Source: Heterodontus francisci (Eukaryota). From it: DNA of 64,000 nucleotides. Below the pieces are notes generated by a model, which was given only the letters and a program-made list of their open reading frames with translations, was not told the DNA's origin and searched no databases. The stretch is taken from positions 18,200,945 through 18,264,944 of the forward strand of contig NC_090416.1 in assembly GCF_036365525.1 (NCBI RefSeq), given 5' to 3'. A program made the translations under genes and the position numbers. This document shows, in pieces, positions 1 through 10,859 of the stretch (position 1 is the stretch's first letter; every line of letters starts with the position of its first letter).

Positions 1-302
1 GTTTCCAATGGTTTAAAGGTCAGTAACCAGAGGGCACAGATTTAAGATAACTGGCAAAAGAACTGAAGGCGACATGAGAATAAACTGTTATACACAATGA
101 GTGGTTAGGATATGGAATGTACTGCCTTGTGAATCTGCTTCCACTGACTCCAATAGAAAAGGGAATTAGATAAATGAAGGAGGAAATAAATTGCAGGGGA
201 AAGAGCAGGGGTGTAGGACTAACTGGGATGCTCTTTGAAAGAGCCAGCACAGACTCAATGGGCCGAATAGTCTCCTTCTGTGCTGTACTATTCTATGATT
301 CT
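1..302 (+). mobile_element. CR1-type LINE 3' fragment
   Basis: Decayed ORF2 end (agagggcacagatttaag = RGHRFK) followed by the ggccgaatagtctccttctgtgctgta...ttctatgattct tail shared with other CR1 copies in the window. Confidence 0.7.
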
Positions 303-416
303 GAGAGGGGAAAATTCAGAGCGGCCGAGCACAGTAGGTTTGATGGAATAGGGAGACATTAAATTTTCTTCCCTGTGTTTTGCTCCCTGTTGGTTTTAAC
401 GCGGTGGTAAGGTGAA

Positions 417-724
417 GGGATATCTTACATAAACAGAGACTAATGAGGAAATGCCTGGAGAAAAGAAATTAATGCATAACATCAGAGAGAGAATACAATA
501 CCTCGGTCACATCATTAGAGCAGAAGGTAGACAGAGACAATTATTGGAAGGAAAAATCGATGGAAAATGTAGGGGAGGGAAGCAGAGAAGAAAATGGATG
601 ACAGATATAATGGACTGGACGCAGCTGACCGATGCAGAACGTGTAAGGACAGCACAGGACAGGCAGAGGTGGAGATCCACGACAGTCAACCTTCTGGGAA
701 GAGGATGACACCAACGAACGAAGG
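417..724 (+). mobile_element. 5'-truncated RTE-clade (BovB-like) LINE 3' end in PMVK intron 2
   Basis: ORF 451-708 YLGHIIRAEG..LLEGKIDGK..GKQRRKWMTDI..AQDRQRWR resembles the RTE/BovB ORF C-terminus; possible 8-bp TSD aaggtgaa at 409-416 and 725-732. Confidence 0.65.
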
Positions 725-876
725 AAGGTGAATTGAACAGAGCCAGAACACCGAATGGAAAGTGCAGAGTAGGAGATTGTGAAGTGCAACACAGCTGAAA
801 GCGAGCAAGAGACAAGGCAGCCTAAATGAAGAAGCATGCATTGTGCGCGCTGTGGGCTCAACCCACCTGAGCATAC

Positions 877-940
877 CTTGGCATATTGCTCCTTAATGGG
901 TGCCGACAGTCTCAGGATGGCACAGTTTTCAACTCCCAAC
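877..940 (-). CDS. PMVK: Phosphomevalonate kinase exon 2 (gene continues off the left edge)
   Basis: 64 nt, (R)LGVENCAILRLSAPIKEQYAK vs human [21 protein letters not shown]; acceptor ttttttggAG, donor GTATGC; phase matches exon 1. Confidence 0.93.
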
Positions 941-1392
941 CTCCAAAAAAACACACAGAAGGAAAGGTTTACTCCGATGCACATGTCGCCACTGCCAATT
1001 AAATGGGGGTGGGGTGGGGAAGTAAGTAGTGGAAATCATCAGGGGGTTCCCACTCCTGGTCACTATCCAGTGAGAGCAGGATCAGGGGTTTAATGTGATT
1101 CCCCCTACAGTTGAACAGCCACACCCCCTTCTCGAGTCCGCATGCGTCACCACCAGATGAAACCCCCATCGAAACAGTATCCCCAGCCCGAAAGGAGAGT
1201 AAAAAACCCGATTGTTTTAAATTTAACGCACATTTTAGAAATTTAAAATAAACTACTCGAGTCCGGTGCTTGGGCGACGACAGACAGACAACAACGTCTA
1301 TGTATTTGGACACTGAGAAGAGGGAAAAAAAGAAAGTTATTCATGAAAACACATCGAATAGAAAGTTTAACCTTCACTTTCAGGCGGCTGAC

Positions 1393-1475
1393 CTGCTCTG
1401 AATGGAGTCGGTGATAAAATCCTTTCCAGATTTTCTCTTCCCGCTGAAAAGTAGCAGCAACACGGGCGCCGCCAT
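1393..1475 (-). CDS. PMVK: Phosphomevalonate kinase exon 1
   Basis: aagATGGCG start; MAAPVLLLLFSGKRKSGKDFITDSIQS(R) carries the animal PMVK P-loop LFSGKRKSGKD; donor GTCAGC. Confidence 0.95.
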
Positions 1476-1480
1476 CTTTG
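1466..1480 (-). promoter_or_regulatory. YY1-type motif overlapping the PMVK start codon
   Basis: AAGATGGCGGC on the minus strand matches the YY1 consensus, a common overlap with start codons of housekeeping genes. Confidence 0.4.
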
Positions 1481-2351
1481 TCAGGGAGACACCACCACAA
1501 CCCCCACAGAGGGGTGTCCATGGGGAAAACAGAACCTGAATCACGGACCCCAGAAGAGCAAAACCATTTGCTACAAACGCTGAGTAAGATCTAATCTAAA
1601 TATGGACAATAACTGCTCAGTTTCCCCCCCCCCCCCATCACCATAGACAGCAACGAGCTGACCGTGTTATTTTAGTAGGCTCCTCCCCTTTACCCATAAT
1701 GGCACAGTCCGCCCTTTGGAGAGCACCGTTAAAACGCTCCGGGCGGCTTCCTCCATCACAATGCCCGCAGATTAATTCCGCCTGTGGGTTTAAACTGTGC
1801 AAAAGTACTTTTTCATGGAAATATTCTCGTGTTCATTTGAAAACCCATGTTTCATTTCTTCCTCGTTGGTTGCTTTCTTTGGTTTATAGTTGGGATTTTT
1901 GTTTATAGATGTGTTTTTATTCTTCTGTCTTTTCCCCTGAGTGACATTCCTGTATCTAGTAGTTCAGAGGATGACCATGAAAGCCTGCAGTCTGATCCCT
2001 CCCTTGGCTGACTAGTTTGCATTCAGCGAAACAAGAGCCTTTTCCTAGAAAAATAAAGGAAAGAACTTGCACTTGTATGATCAGCCATGGTCACATTGAA
2101 TGGCAGAGCACAAAGGGCCAAAGAACCTACTGCTCCGATTTCTTATGTTCTTGTGGCACCTTTCATGTACAGAGAATGTCCCAATTGCTTCACAACCAAT
2201 TAATTTCTTCTGAGGTGTAACCACTATAGTTGTGTAGGCAAATGTTGCAGCCAATTTGCACACAGCAAGAGAGTGAAAAAAGGCAAGACTATAGCCTGCA
2301 GATTTCAAATAACTGGTGTGGGTCCAATGGGCCATATTGCCTCCTTCTGTA

Positions 2352-2570
2352 CAAACACAAAATACTACGGATGCTGGAAATACTCAGCGGGTCAGGCAGC
2401 ATCTCTGGAGAGCAAAACAGCATTAAACGTTTCAGGTCAGTGACCTTTCTTTCATCAGAACTGGAGAGCAAAACAGCATTGACCTTTCAGACCTGAAGCG
2501 TTAACTCTGTTTCTCTCTCCACAGTCGCTGCCTGACCCGCTGAGTATTTCCAGAATTTTCTGTTTTTGCT
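2352..2570. mobile_element. Palindromic Penelope-like non-autonomous element (older copy)
   Basis: Arms ctggaaatactcagcgggtcaggcagc / gctgcctgacccgctgagtatttccag are inverted repeats; minus strand 2424-2458 reads CTGATGA-aagaa-aggtc(act)gacct-GAAACG. Confidence 0.6.
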
Positions 2571-2979
2571 TCCTTCTGGGCTGTAATGACAGTAGTCTTT
2601 TATCCAATCCAAAAAGACATCAGGGTGGATGCAAAAATTGGTGCATGGTCACAGCCTTCATTCCTAAATCCAAGAGTCAAACACGCACAGACTTTTGATG
2701 AGGCGTGTTCATTCTCACAAAACTATCACAGACTACTGAGAAAACTGGATTGCTTAAAAAAAGCAAACACTATCCAGTCACATTAACTATATGTTCTACA
2801 TAAAGCAGGAGGTAGAGTGATAGTCAAACTCACAGCTACAAAAGGAGAGAAAAAGAAAAAAATGATTAAATAGATGGTAGAAAAATCTTATTCACTCCAT
2901 GAAGCATGCACTATCAATGGGTGCAATTGATATACAAAACATACCACTTCCTTGTCTGTATCACTCAGTATGTTAAGTA

Positions 2980-3370
2980 CCGGTGTGGCTTATTTGGTAC
3001 CGTTCCCATTTCTAAGACTGTGAGTTCAAGCTTTGCCCGTTGGTTTGAGCCTAGAATTTAGGCTGGCAGTTCAGTGCAGTACTGATGAGATGTTAAACTG
3101 AGGCCTTCCCAGGTAAACATAAAAGATCCCATTGTGTTATTTCCAAGAAGGGCAGGGGAGTTATCCCTGGGGGTCAATATTTAATCCCTCAATCAACATC
3201 GCAAAAACAGGTTAACTACACATTATCACATTGCTGTTTGTGGGAGCTTGCTGTGCACAAATTGGCTACTGTGTTTCTGACGGTACAACCGTGACTGCAC
3301 AACCGTGACTGCACTTTCGGATGTCGAGGGGTTGTGAAAGGCACTGTAGAAACAACAAGCTTTTCTTTTG
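2980..3370 (+). mobile_element. Deu-domain SINE (SacSINE1-like), decayed
   Basis: gatgagatgttaaactgaggcc...aaagatccca...gcaggggagtt...tccctcaatcaacatc...tgtttgtgggagcttgctgtgcacaaattggct; same family as 9490-9900 and 30760-31180. Confidence 0.65.
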
Positions 3371-3569
3371 GTGCCCACAGCCCAGCATGAATCACCGTCA
3401 AGAGGAGAGGGAGGGAAAGCAATGGACTGTCAAGAGAGAAGAATTTTTAAAAAAAAATTAAGCAAGGGAAAAAAAATCGTGAAAAATTGAACTCAATTGG
3501 GGTTGGGAATCTTCCCCTTTAAGAGTGAGGTCCCATTCATGGGCAAACTGCCCTCATTCATCACCTGAA

Positions 3570-3790
3570 GTGCTCTGTGACGTCACGAGACCACCACGAG
3601 AGGCCACGCCCCCCCCTTAACTGTGGGGCGGGCGATGGCTGAGTAAACCGTATCGTGATTGGTCGAGGCCGGGAGACACCGCGGCAGCCAACGGAACGGC
3701 GCGTTGGAGGCTCGTGGCGACGTTGGCGGTTGGAGTTCCGTCTTTGTTCTGGCAATTTCCATCTTGTGGAAAACAAAATCTGAGGAAAAA
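3570..3790 (+). promoter_or_regulatory. ILF2: ILF2 CpG-rich promoter and 5' UTR
   Basis: Palindromic CRE gTGACGTCAc 3577-3586, Sp/KLF boxes ccacgccccc (~3604) and ggggcggg (~3625), reverse CCAAT gattgg (~3657), high local CpG, directly upstream of the ATG. Confidence 0.7.
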
Positions 3791-3795
3791 ATGAG
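3791..3795 (+). CDS. ILF2: ILF2/NF45 exon 1 coding part (ATGAG)
   Basis: aaaATGAG|GTAAAA; supplies M and two bases of R, in phase with exon 2 to give MRGDRGRGRG. Confidence 0.85.
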
Positions 3796-4260
3796 GTAAA
3801 AAAATAATAATTCAAAGAAAAAACAAAAAAAAAATGAATGTTTTTGTTTTTAGCTGAGGGGAAAGGCCCGAGGCTTCGGGCGGTTAAAGGCTGACGGTGG
3901 TTGTCGTGTTCCCTGGGCCCCGGCTCCCTCCCTCATGGCGCCTCCGGTATTTGCTGCTCCTTCACTTGGACAAAGTATTTTGTTCCTTCACTTCTTTGTG
4001 CAAAGAGTTTCGGGATTTCGCGGATTCATTTAGATTCTTCCTCTCTGTCCGCTCCCCCGGACACACACACGTGTGTGTGTGTGTGTGGATTCAATTGACT
4101 ATTAAAGTTCTGTGTAGGAGTTTATTTCACATCATTCAGGGTTTTCCCTTCTGGAAACATCCCAGCTCTCACTTGGAAAGAAGTTTCTCTTCAAAACCCC
4201 TTCTCCCTGACTGCTTTTTAAAAAAAAAAACATCCTTGATGGAACAAATAAATCCCCTCC

Positions 4261-4560
4261 CTCACCCCACTCCCAGCCTCACCCCACTCCCAGCCTCACC
4301 CCACTCCCAGCCTCACCCCACTCCCCGCCTCACCCCACTCCCCGCCTCACCCCACTCCCCGCCTCACCCCACTCCCCGCCTCACCCCACTCCCCGCCTCA
4401 CCCCACTCCCCGCCTCACCCCACTCCCCGCCTCACCCCACTCCCAGCCTCACCCCACTCCCAGCCTCACCCCACTCCCAGCCTCACCCCACTCCCCGCCT
4501 CACCCCACTCCCCGCCTCACCCCACTCCCCGCCTCACCCCACTCCCCGCCTCACCCTCAC
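4261..4560. repeat. 17-bp minisatellite, 17 copies (CTCACCCCACTCCC[A/C]GC)
   Basis: Unit starts every 17 nt from 4261 to 4533; variant order 3xA,7xC,3xA,4xC; G-quadruplex potential on the minus strand. Confidence 0.97.
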
Positions 4561-4854
4561 CCCATTCCCTCCCCGCCCTCGCCCTCACTTGTTGTCAAAA
4601 CCTGTAACATTTCCAAATGGTTCCATTTTTAAATCAAATTTTTATTTCTTCCCCCCCCCCCCCCCCCCCCCCAGGTCTGGGGAATTTTGCACTCTGTGCA
4701 GTTTTCGCACATCCTGTGGTCCCAGCCCTCTGGCTTTAATGTCTTTTTCATAACTGGATTGTCCTGTGCAGGAGGCTCCTTTTAATGTAACTCATGTTTT
4801 ACACACATTTGTCAATATTTCACTCCACGTTCCCATTTATAAAAGCCGATACAC

Positions 4855-5275
4855 TGAACGAGGAATACAGCAGGAGGCTATTTGGCCGATCACGGCTGTG
4901 CTGGCTCTTTGAAAGAGGAATCTGATTAATCCCACTTACCCTGCTCTTTCCCCATAGCTTTGCAGTTTCTTTGAAGTGTTCATCCAAACCCCTTTTGAAA
5001 GTTACTATACCCTTTCAGGTAGCACATTCCAGATGATATCTCACTGCGTAAAAATACTTTTCAACTCCCTTCTGGTTCTTTTGCCTATTTTAAATCTGTA
5101 TCCTCTGCTTACCGACTCTCCTGCCTGTGGAAACAGTTCCTCCTTATTTTCTGTATCAAAACCCTTCATGATTTTGAATGCCTCTATTAAATCTCCCCTT
5201 GACCTTCTCTGCTGCAAGAAGAACAAGCTCAGCTTACCCAGTCTCACCACAACTGAAGTCCTAATCCTTGGTGCC
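4855..5275 (-). mobile_element. CR1 LINE 3' fragment
   Basis: ORF 5041-5250 LFFLQQRRSRGDLIEAFKIMKG..SRGYRFK is the CR1 ORF2 C-terminus. Confidence 0.8.
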
Positions 5276-5871
5276 TAGGTGTTTTTTCAAGCTTTTATCC
5301 CTCTGGTTGTTCATTACTTGAAACTTAAGTTGAATGAATTAAAGTAAATTCTGAATGGAAAGAAAATCATTGACATTTTGAATAGTTCCCTAGTGTAATC
5401 AAGGCAAAATCATTGGAGTTATTCACAATACAATTATTTCAATTTGGGTGAGTTATCATACTGGAGCAATGAGCTTTCAGTTATCTCAGTGACCTGTATC
5501 CATCCTTGTGTTTTCTTGGAAATATTTGTTGCATTATTCCTGCCTTTCCTGATGATATTCCTACTTTTTTTTTGCTGCAGAGATTCCTGTGTTAAATGTT
5601 TGAAAGTTTGCATTTTTTAAGCACTGGGTAATACTGTGAACTTTCAACTCCGGCCTCAAAACCAGCCCAAACTTGCAGTATGATGGAAGAACTCATGTCC
5701 CAAAGCTCTTGAAACCACGTCATTAATTTGAAAGCGTAGAGACTGTTGTAAACACAGAAGCCAATTTGTACACAAGTATTCTGTTAGCAGTGGTTGAGAA
5801 TATCTCACGTGCTATTGGAAGAAGAGCAGGGGAATGTTCCTGATGTCCAATATTTATCCCTCAATAACATT

Positions 5872-6187
5872 ATTTTATTTTTATTTAGAGATACAGCACT
5901 GAAACAGGCCCTTCGGCCCACCGAGTCTGTGCCGACCAACAACCACCCATTTATACTAACCCTGCAGTAATCCCATGTTCCCTATCACCTACCTACACTA
6001 GGGGTAATTTACAATGGCCAATTTACCTATCAACCTGCAAGTCTTTGGCTGTGGGAGGAAACCGGAGCACCCGGAGAAAACCCACACGGTCACAGAGAGA
6101 ACTTGCAAATTCCGCACAGGCAGTACCCAGAATCGAACCCGGGTCCCTGGAGCTGTGAGGCTGCAGTGCTAACCACTGTGCCGCCCT
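5872..6187 (-). mobile_element. V-SINE (HE1-like), full length
   Basis: tRNA head with A box (gcacagtggttagc) and B box (gggttcgattct), V-domain gtgggttttctccgggtgctccggtttcctccca, CR1-like tail ending in (taaa)n. Confidence 0.85.
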
Positions 6188-6199
6188 ACTGAACAAATA

Positions 6200-6541
6200 G
6201 TTTTAGTTTAGAGATACAGCACTGAAACAGGCCCTTCGGCCCACCGAGTCTGTGCCAACCATCAACCACCCATTTATACTAATCCTACACTAATCCCATA
6301 TTCCTACCACATCCACACCTGTTCCTATATTTCCCTACCACCTACCTATACTAGGGGCAATTTATAATGGCCAATTTACCTGCCAACCTGCAAGTCTTTT
6401 GGCTTGTGGGAGGAAACCGGAGCACCCGGAGAAAACCCACGCAGACACAGGGAGAACTTGCAAACTCCACACAGGCAGTACCCGGAATTGAACCCGGGTC
6501 GCTGGAGCTGTGAGGCTGCGGTGCTAACCACTGCGCCACCC
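6200..6541 (-). mobile_element. V-SINE (HE1-like), second full-length copy in tandem
   Basis: ggtggcgcagtggttagc A box, gggttcaattcc B box, V-domain and the same 3' tail as the neighbouring copy. Confidence 0.85.
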
Positions 6542-6649
6542 TGGTCATTTGGATAGATCTGGTCATTTATCTTGTTGCTGTTTGTGGGAGATTGCAAAGT
6601 GCAAATTACCCCTTGTTTTTCTCTATATTACAACACCGATGTTTAAAAG

Positions 6650-6900
6650 CCTCTTGCTCTCCACCATTGGCGGCGGTGCCTTCAGCTACCTTTGCCCGAA
6701 GCTCTGGAATTCCCTCTCTAAACCTCTCCGCCACTCTCTCTCTTCCTTAAAGACACTCCTTAAAGCCTACCTCTGGTCACCTGTCCTAATATCTCCTTAT
6801 GTTGCTCAGTTTTAAATTTTGTCTGATTGTGCTCTTGTGAAGTGCCATGGGGCATTTTCTTAAGTTAAAGATGCTATATCAATGTCAGTTATTGTTGTAT
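6650..6900 (+). mobile_element. L2-type LINE 3' end
   Basis: Encodes GGGAFSYLCPKLWNSL..LKTLLKAYL, an L2 ORF2 C-terminal motif; related copies at 44800-45100 and 51680-51848. Confidence 0.65.
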
Positions 6901-7378
6901 GGTTGTAGATAGAGCTAATTATCTTCTCCAAAACACAAGCTTCATTCACCGTTTTGGATGCCACAAGCCTTAAGTAACATTAACTGCAATGGCAGTTGGT
7001 CTGCATGCACGCAGATGTAGTAAGGCTGTTACATTCATCACCAAGGATGGGGAATTTTTCACACAACAGGCCTGAGAACTTTGCGTGCCTGTTGCATGCT
7101 TTAACAGTTGGACTGCTCAAAGGCTTCATTGTGATTTGTTAGTGAAGATCTGATTCCAGGTTATGCAGAAGTGCTTATCGAAGGCAGAAAGCACCTTGGC
7201 TCCTATTTTAAAGCGAAAAGGACCAACCCTTGGAATAGGTCGACTTGGCCTTTGCTCCAGATTCGGTGTTTATCTTTAGTACAATCTAGGTTCTTCAGAG
7301 TTATCCAGTTGTTGTTATAGCTGATTGAGAGTGTCACTAAGGTCAGTCCTGGTGTAGAGAGAGCGTACAAACTATAAA

Positions 7379-7578
7379 TAAAAACAAGAAATGCTGGAAC
7401 CACTCAGCAGGTCTGGCAGCATCTGTGGAAAGAGAAGCAGAGTTAATGTTTCGGGTCAGTGACCCTTCGTTAACTCTGCTTCTCTTTCCACAGATGCTGT
7501 CAGACCTGCTGAGTGGTTCCAGCATTTCTTGTTTTTATTTCAGATTTCCAGCATCCGCAGTATTTTGCTTTTATTTTA
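7379..7578. mobile_element. Palindromic Penelope-like element with 14-bp TSD
   Basis: Near-perfect inverted arms around gggtcagtgaccc; gtacaaactataaa duplicated at 7365-7378 and 7579-7592. Confidence 0.75.
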
Positions 7579-8864
7579 GTACAAACTATAAAGATGGACG
7601 AGGTACTCGAAGATACAGGTGGTCAGCATTGGCTCTGAGGGCCAGGCGCTTTGAACATGAGCACCAGTTTTAAAATTTTGTAATCTGGAGACTTGGCTAA
7701 ATTTTACAGCAGTTTTGATTAGGTAAATAGGAACAAAGCATTTCTACCAGTCAGTGAATGGTTAACTTGGGGGCATAGATTTTAAGATTGTGTTCAGAAG
7801 GAGATGCTAGAAATTTATTTTGTGCAGAGGGTTACTCTGATCTGGAATGCCCTACCAGAAACATTGATGCAAGCAGCTTTTAAAAGGGAAGTAGATAAAG
7901 AGTGAAATGGGAAAGGGGTATGAGCCTGAGTGGATAGCTCTTCCAGAGTGCTGGCACAGGCACGATGGGCCGAATGGTGTCTTCCTGTGTTGTTAAATTG
8001 AATAATTGTATCAAATTCCTCAAATCAAGATGATGATGCAGAAGACCTGGCACGTGAATGCATGGGAACTTGAGTGTTTCTATCTCAAACCTGCACTTAA
8101 ATGCAGCTTTACTATCTCCCTCGGTAACTTTATTTAGTAAGGGCAGTTTATAACTGAACCGCTCCAACCAGAAAGGCTGTGGTGACAGCCAAGGTCAGTT
8201 GTAGCACCACTGGCGGGGGTGTGGGCATGGGGAACCAGATAGCAGTCCCAATCCTCAACTCTATCCGTTGATCTCCAGTGGAAAGTGCTTGTGGCCAGGA
8301 TCATCCTTACCCTTTCAGAGTCAAATATTCCGTTGACACTTGCCATCTACATAATGGTGATGTGGGTGAATGCAGGAGGCTGCATTTGAAAATATATCTT
8401 CAGAAGATGAGTAGATTATCTTTAAGAAGAGATATTGGATATAAGCTGACCCGACAGGAGCTGTGAACTTGTGTAGTTATCAGGGATTCATGCAGTGACT
8501 TCGAATGTGTTTATAAACGAGGTGGATGGTGAAATTGGACTGGATGCTTTAAGCAGCATTGTCTTAGTTTTAATTCATGTTGTTTCTCAAAATGCTTGGG
8601 ATTCAAAGGCTCTGTTATTCCTGTTATTGCTACCTTCTAGGTTGTGATGCTACCATAATTTGTTTTTTCATTTGTGACTGAAATAAAGATGCTTTTGAAT
8701 CCAGGACTTGGCTTGTTTGATATTTTTGGCCATATCCAGGATTCAGGAACTTGGACCCACTACGCCACAGACCACCTTAATGCTGTTCCCTTGGGGTTGC
8801 ATGTTTGCTCGCTTAAAGAGCTTGTATTTATTTTAACTGCGCATTCGTATGCTTTCTATTGCAG

Positions 8865-8921
8865 AGGCGACAGAGGACGTGGTCGTGGACGTTTTGGCGC
8901 AAGGGGTGGCCCAGTTGGGGG
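8865..8921 (+). CDS. ILF2: ILF2 exon 2
   Basis: AG|..GDRGRGRGRFGARGGPVG..|GT, 57 nt, RGG-rich N-terminus. Confidence 0.95.
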
Positions 8922-9015
8922 GTACGTGTCATTAGAGACTCGTTTGTTTAAGATTCTGTGCGTTACAGTCCAAATGTTATTAATTTGAAACTTTATTTCT
9001 TTTTCACATAAACAG

Positions 9016-9058
9016 GTTCAGACCATTTGTCCCTCATATCCCGTTCGACTTCTACGTG
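9016..9058 (+). CDS. ILF2: ILF2 exon 3
   Basis: FRPFVPHIPFDFYV, 43 nt, AG/GTAAGT sites. Confidence 0.97.
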
Positions 9059-9489
9059 GTAAGTGACTGTACAGCTCTCTCTCTTTGTTTTGGGTATGAT
9101 TTTACAGCAGCCCTTCTTTCTTCACCTCATCTGTTGGCCATTCTGTATGTTGGAGTCTTGGCAGGGTATCTAATATGGGGTTGGGGGGTGGGGTGGGTGG
9201 GTGGTCGTGAATTACAGGTGAGTTCCATCCTGCCCTCTCCTGTTGGCATGTTGCCAGCAGTTGTCATGGGGAGTGTGATCAGGAACAGGTTCCCTAGTTG
9301 ATTTTTGTTTTATAACATCCTGTAGCCCACGGGACAGGCCTGTTTCTACACCTTCCCAACTGAAGTCAGAGCAGTCAGGAAATTGAATTAGAAATTTTTT
9401 GCCTTCATTTTCCCTTTCAATCAAGGAAAGATTTTGTTGATGTGATGTTACTTTTGTTACTGTTACATACAGATGGGTGAAGGAAAAAG

Positions 9490-9900
9490 AATTGCGTTTA
9501 TACAACACATTCCAAGACCTCAGGACCTCCCAAAGTGCTTTACAGTCATTGTTATAAGAAACGTGTTAACCAATTTGCGCACAGCAGATCCCACAAACAG
9601 CAACGTGATAATGACGAGATGATACGTTTTAGTGATATATTGGGATGAATATTGACCAGAGCACTGGGGAGAGCTCCCCTGCTCTTCGAGTATACCATGG
9701 GATCCTTTATGTCCACCTGAGAGGGCAGGTGGGACCTCCTTTTAAAATCTTATCCGAAAGACAGCACCTCTGACACTGCAGCACTCCCTCAGTACTACTC
9801 TGAAATGCCAGCCTAGATTTTTGTCCTCAAGTCCCTGGGGCGTGAACCTGCAACCTGCTGACTCGGGCAAGAGTGCACTGCACTGGTCCACAGCTGGCAC
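9490..9900 (-). mobile_element. Deu-domain SINE (SacSINE1-like), near full length
   Basis: Minus strand: tRNA-like head, then agtactgagggagtgctgcagtgtcagaggtgctgtctttcggataag...ctcaggtggacataaaggatcccatgg; contains a single copy of the 33-bp unit amplified in NPR1. Confidence 0.8.
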
Positions 9901-10859
9901 GCTAGTGGTTAAGCTCGGCACAGTGCATGAGTGCCACGGGGCATTTTAGGTTGTCCTGCTGCTCTGAACTGGCAGTCCACCTCTGGTAGTCACTAATGCA
10001 GTGCTCACAAAAAAAACTTGGTGTGGCCAGGAATATTGAGCTGTGTATGCAACTTTGCAATAATTGGGTGTTGTGATTATGTGCACAAAGTTCGGCATCT
10101 TGGATCTGCTCTGTAAACTCTATGAATTCAGTGTGCTTTGCAGCCTCAATGTGATATAAACATGTCCGAACACCACTTCGAGTGTCGTGTGAATTCCATT
10201 TGATGGTGGGGCTTGAGCACATCATTTAGACGTATGCCCCAATTCACTATTGAGGGAGTGCTGCTTTGATGGGCACGTCATCCTTTGGATGAGACATTAA
10301 ACCAAGCTGCCTGTTTTATTTGTTCAAATTGCCATGAAAGAATCAGTGACAGTGTTAGAAAAAGAGCAAAGAGTTTCTTAGCCATCGTTCCTCTATCAAT
10401 TAACATGTGCAAAAGCAGGTTTAACAATCGTTCATTTTGTTTTTTGGCGCAGGGTCTTGTTGGTCCATCAGTATCATTGAACTTCAAGAGTAATTAATTT
10501 AATGGGAAGCACTTTGAAATATTATGTTTTGTAAGGCATATGTCAATGCAGGCATTTCTTTTCGTTAATGGAAAATATCTTGACACTGGTGACTCTGCTT
10601 GTCGAGGTGCTTTAATACTGGTGGTAGTGGCTGCTTTTATATTGGCGTTGGTTTAATTCAGAATCAGGAAACCAGCATTCATCATGAGCTTGCTCCTGAT
10701 CAAATTGCTAAGTCTGCCTCCCTTGATTTAGAGCAGCCCTGCATTCCCAGGTATAACTTTGTCTTTTGAATTTGTTGACATTAAAGAGCAAGATTTAGTG
10801 GCGCAGATTCTGGGGCATTGCTCTCCCGGAATCTCAACTAAAACGGTACAGATCTAAAA

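Noticed and set aside
3897-4607. 236-aa proline-rich ORF
   Set aside because: Non-ATG start in ILF2 intron 1; length due to the stop-free C-rich 17-mer array
6470-6541. tRNA-like sequence with A and B boxes (also ~6120-6187 and ~24500-24568)
   Set aside because: Head of a V-SINE continuing into the V-domain and LINE-like tail, not a standalone tRNA gene
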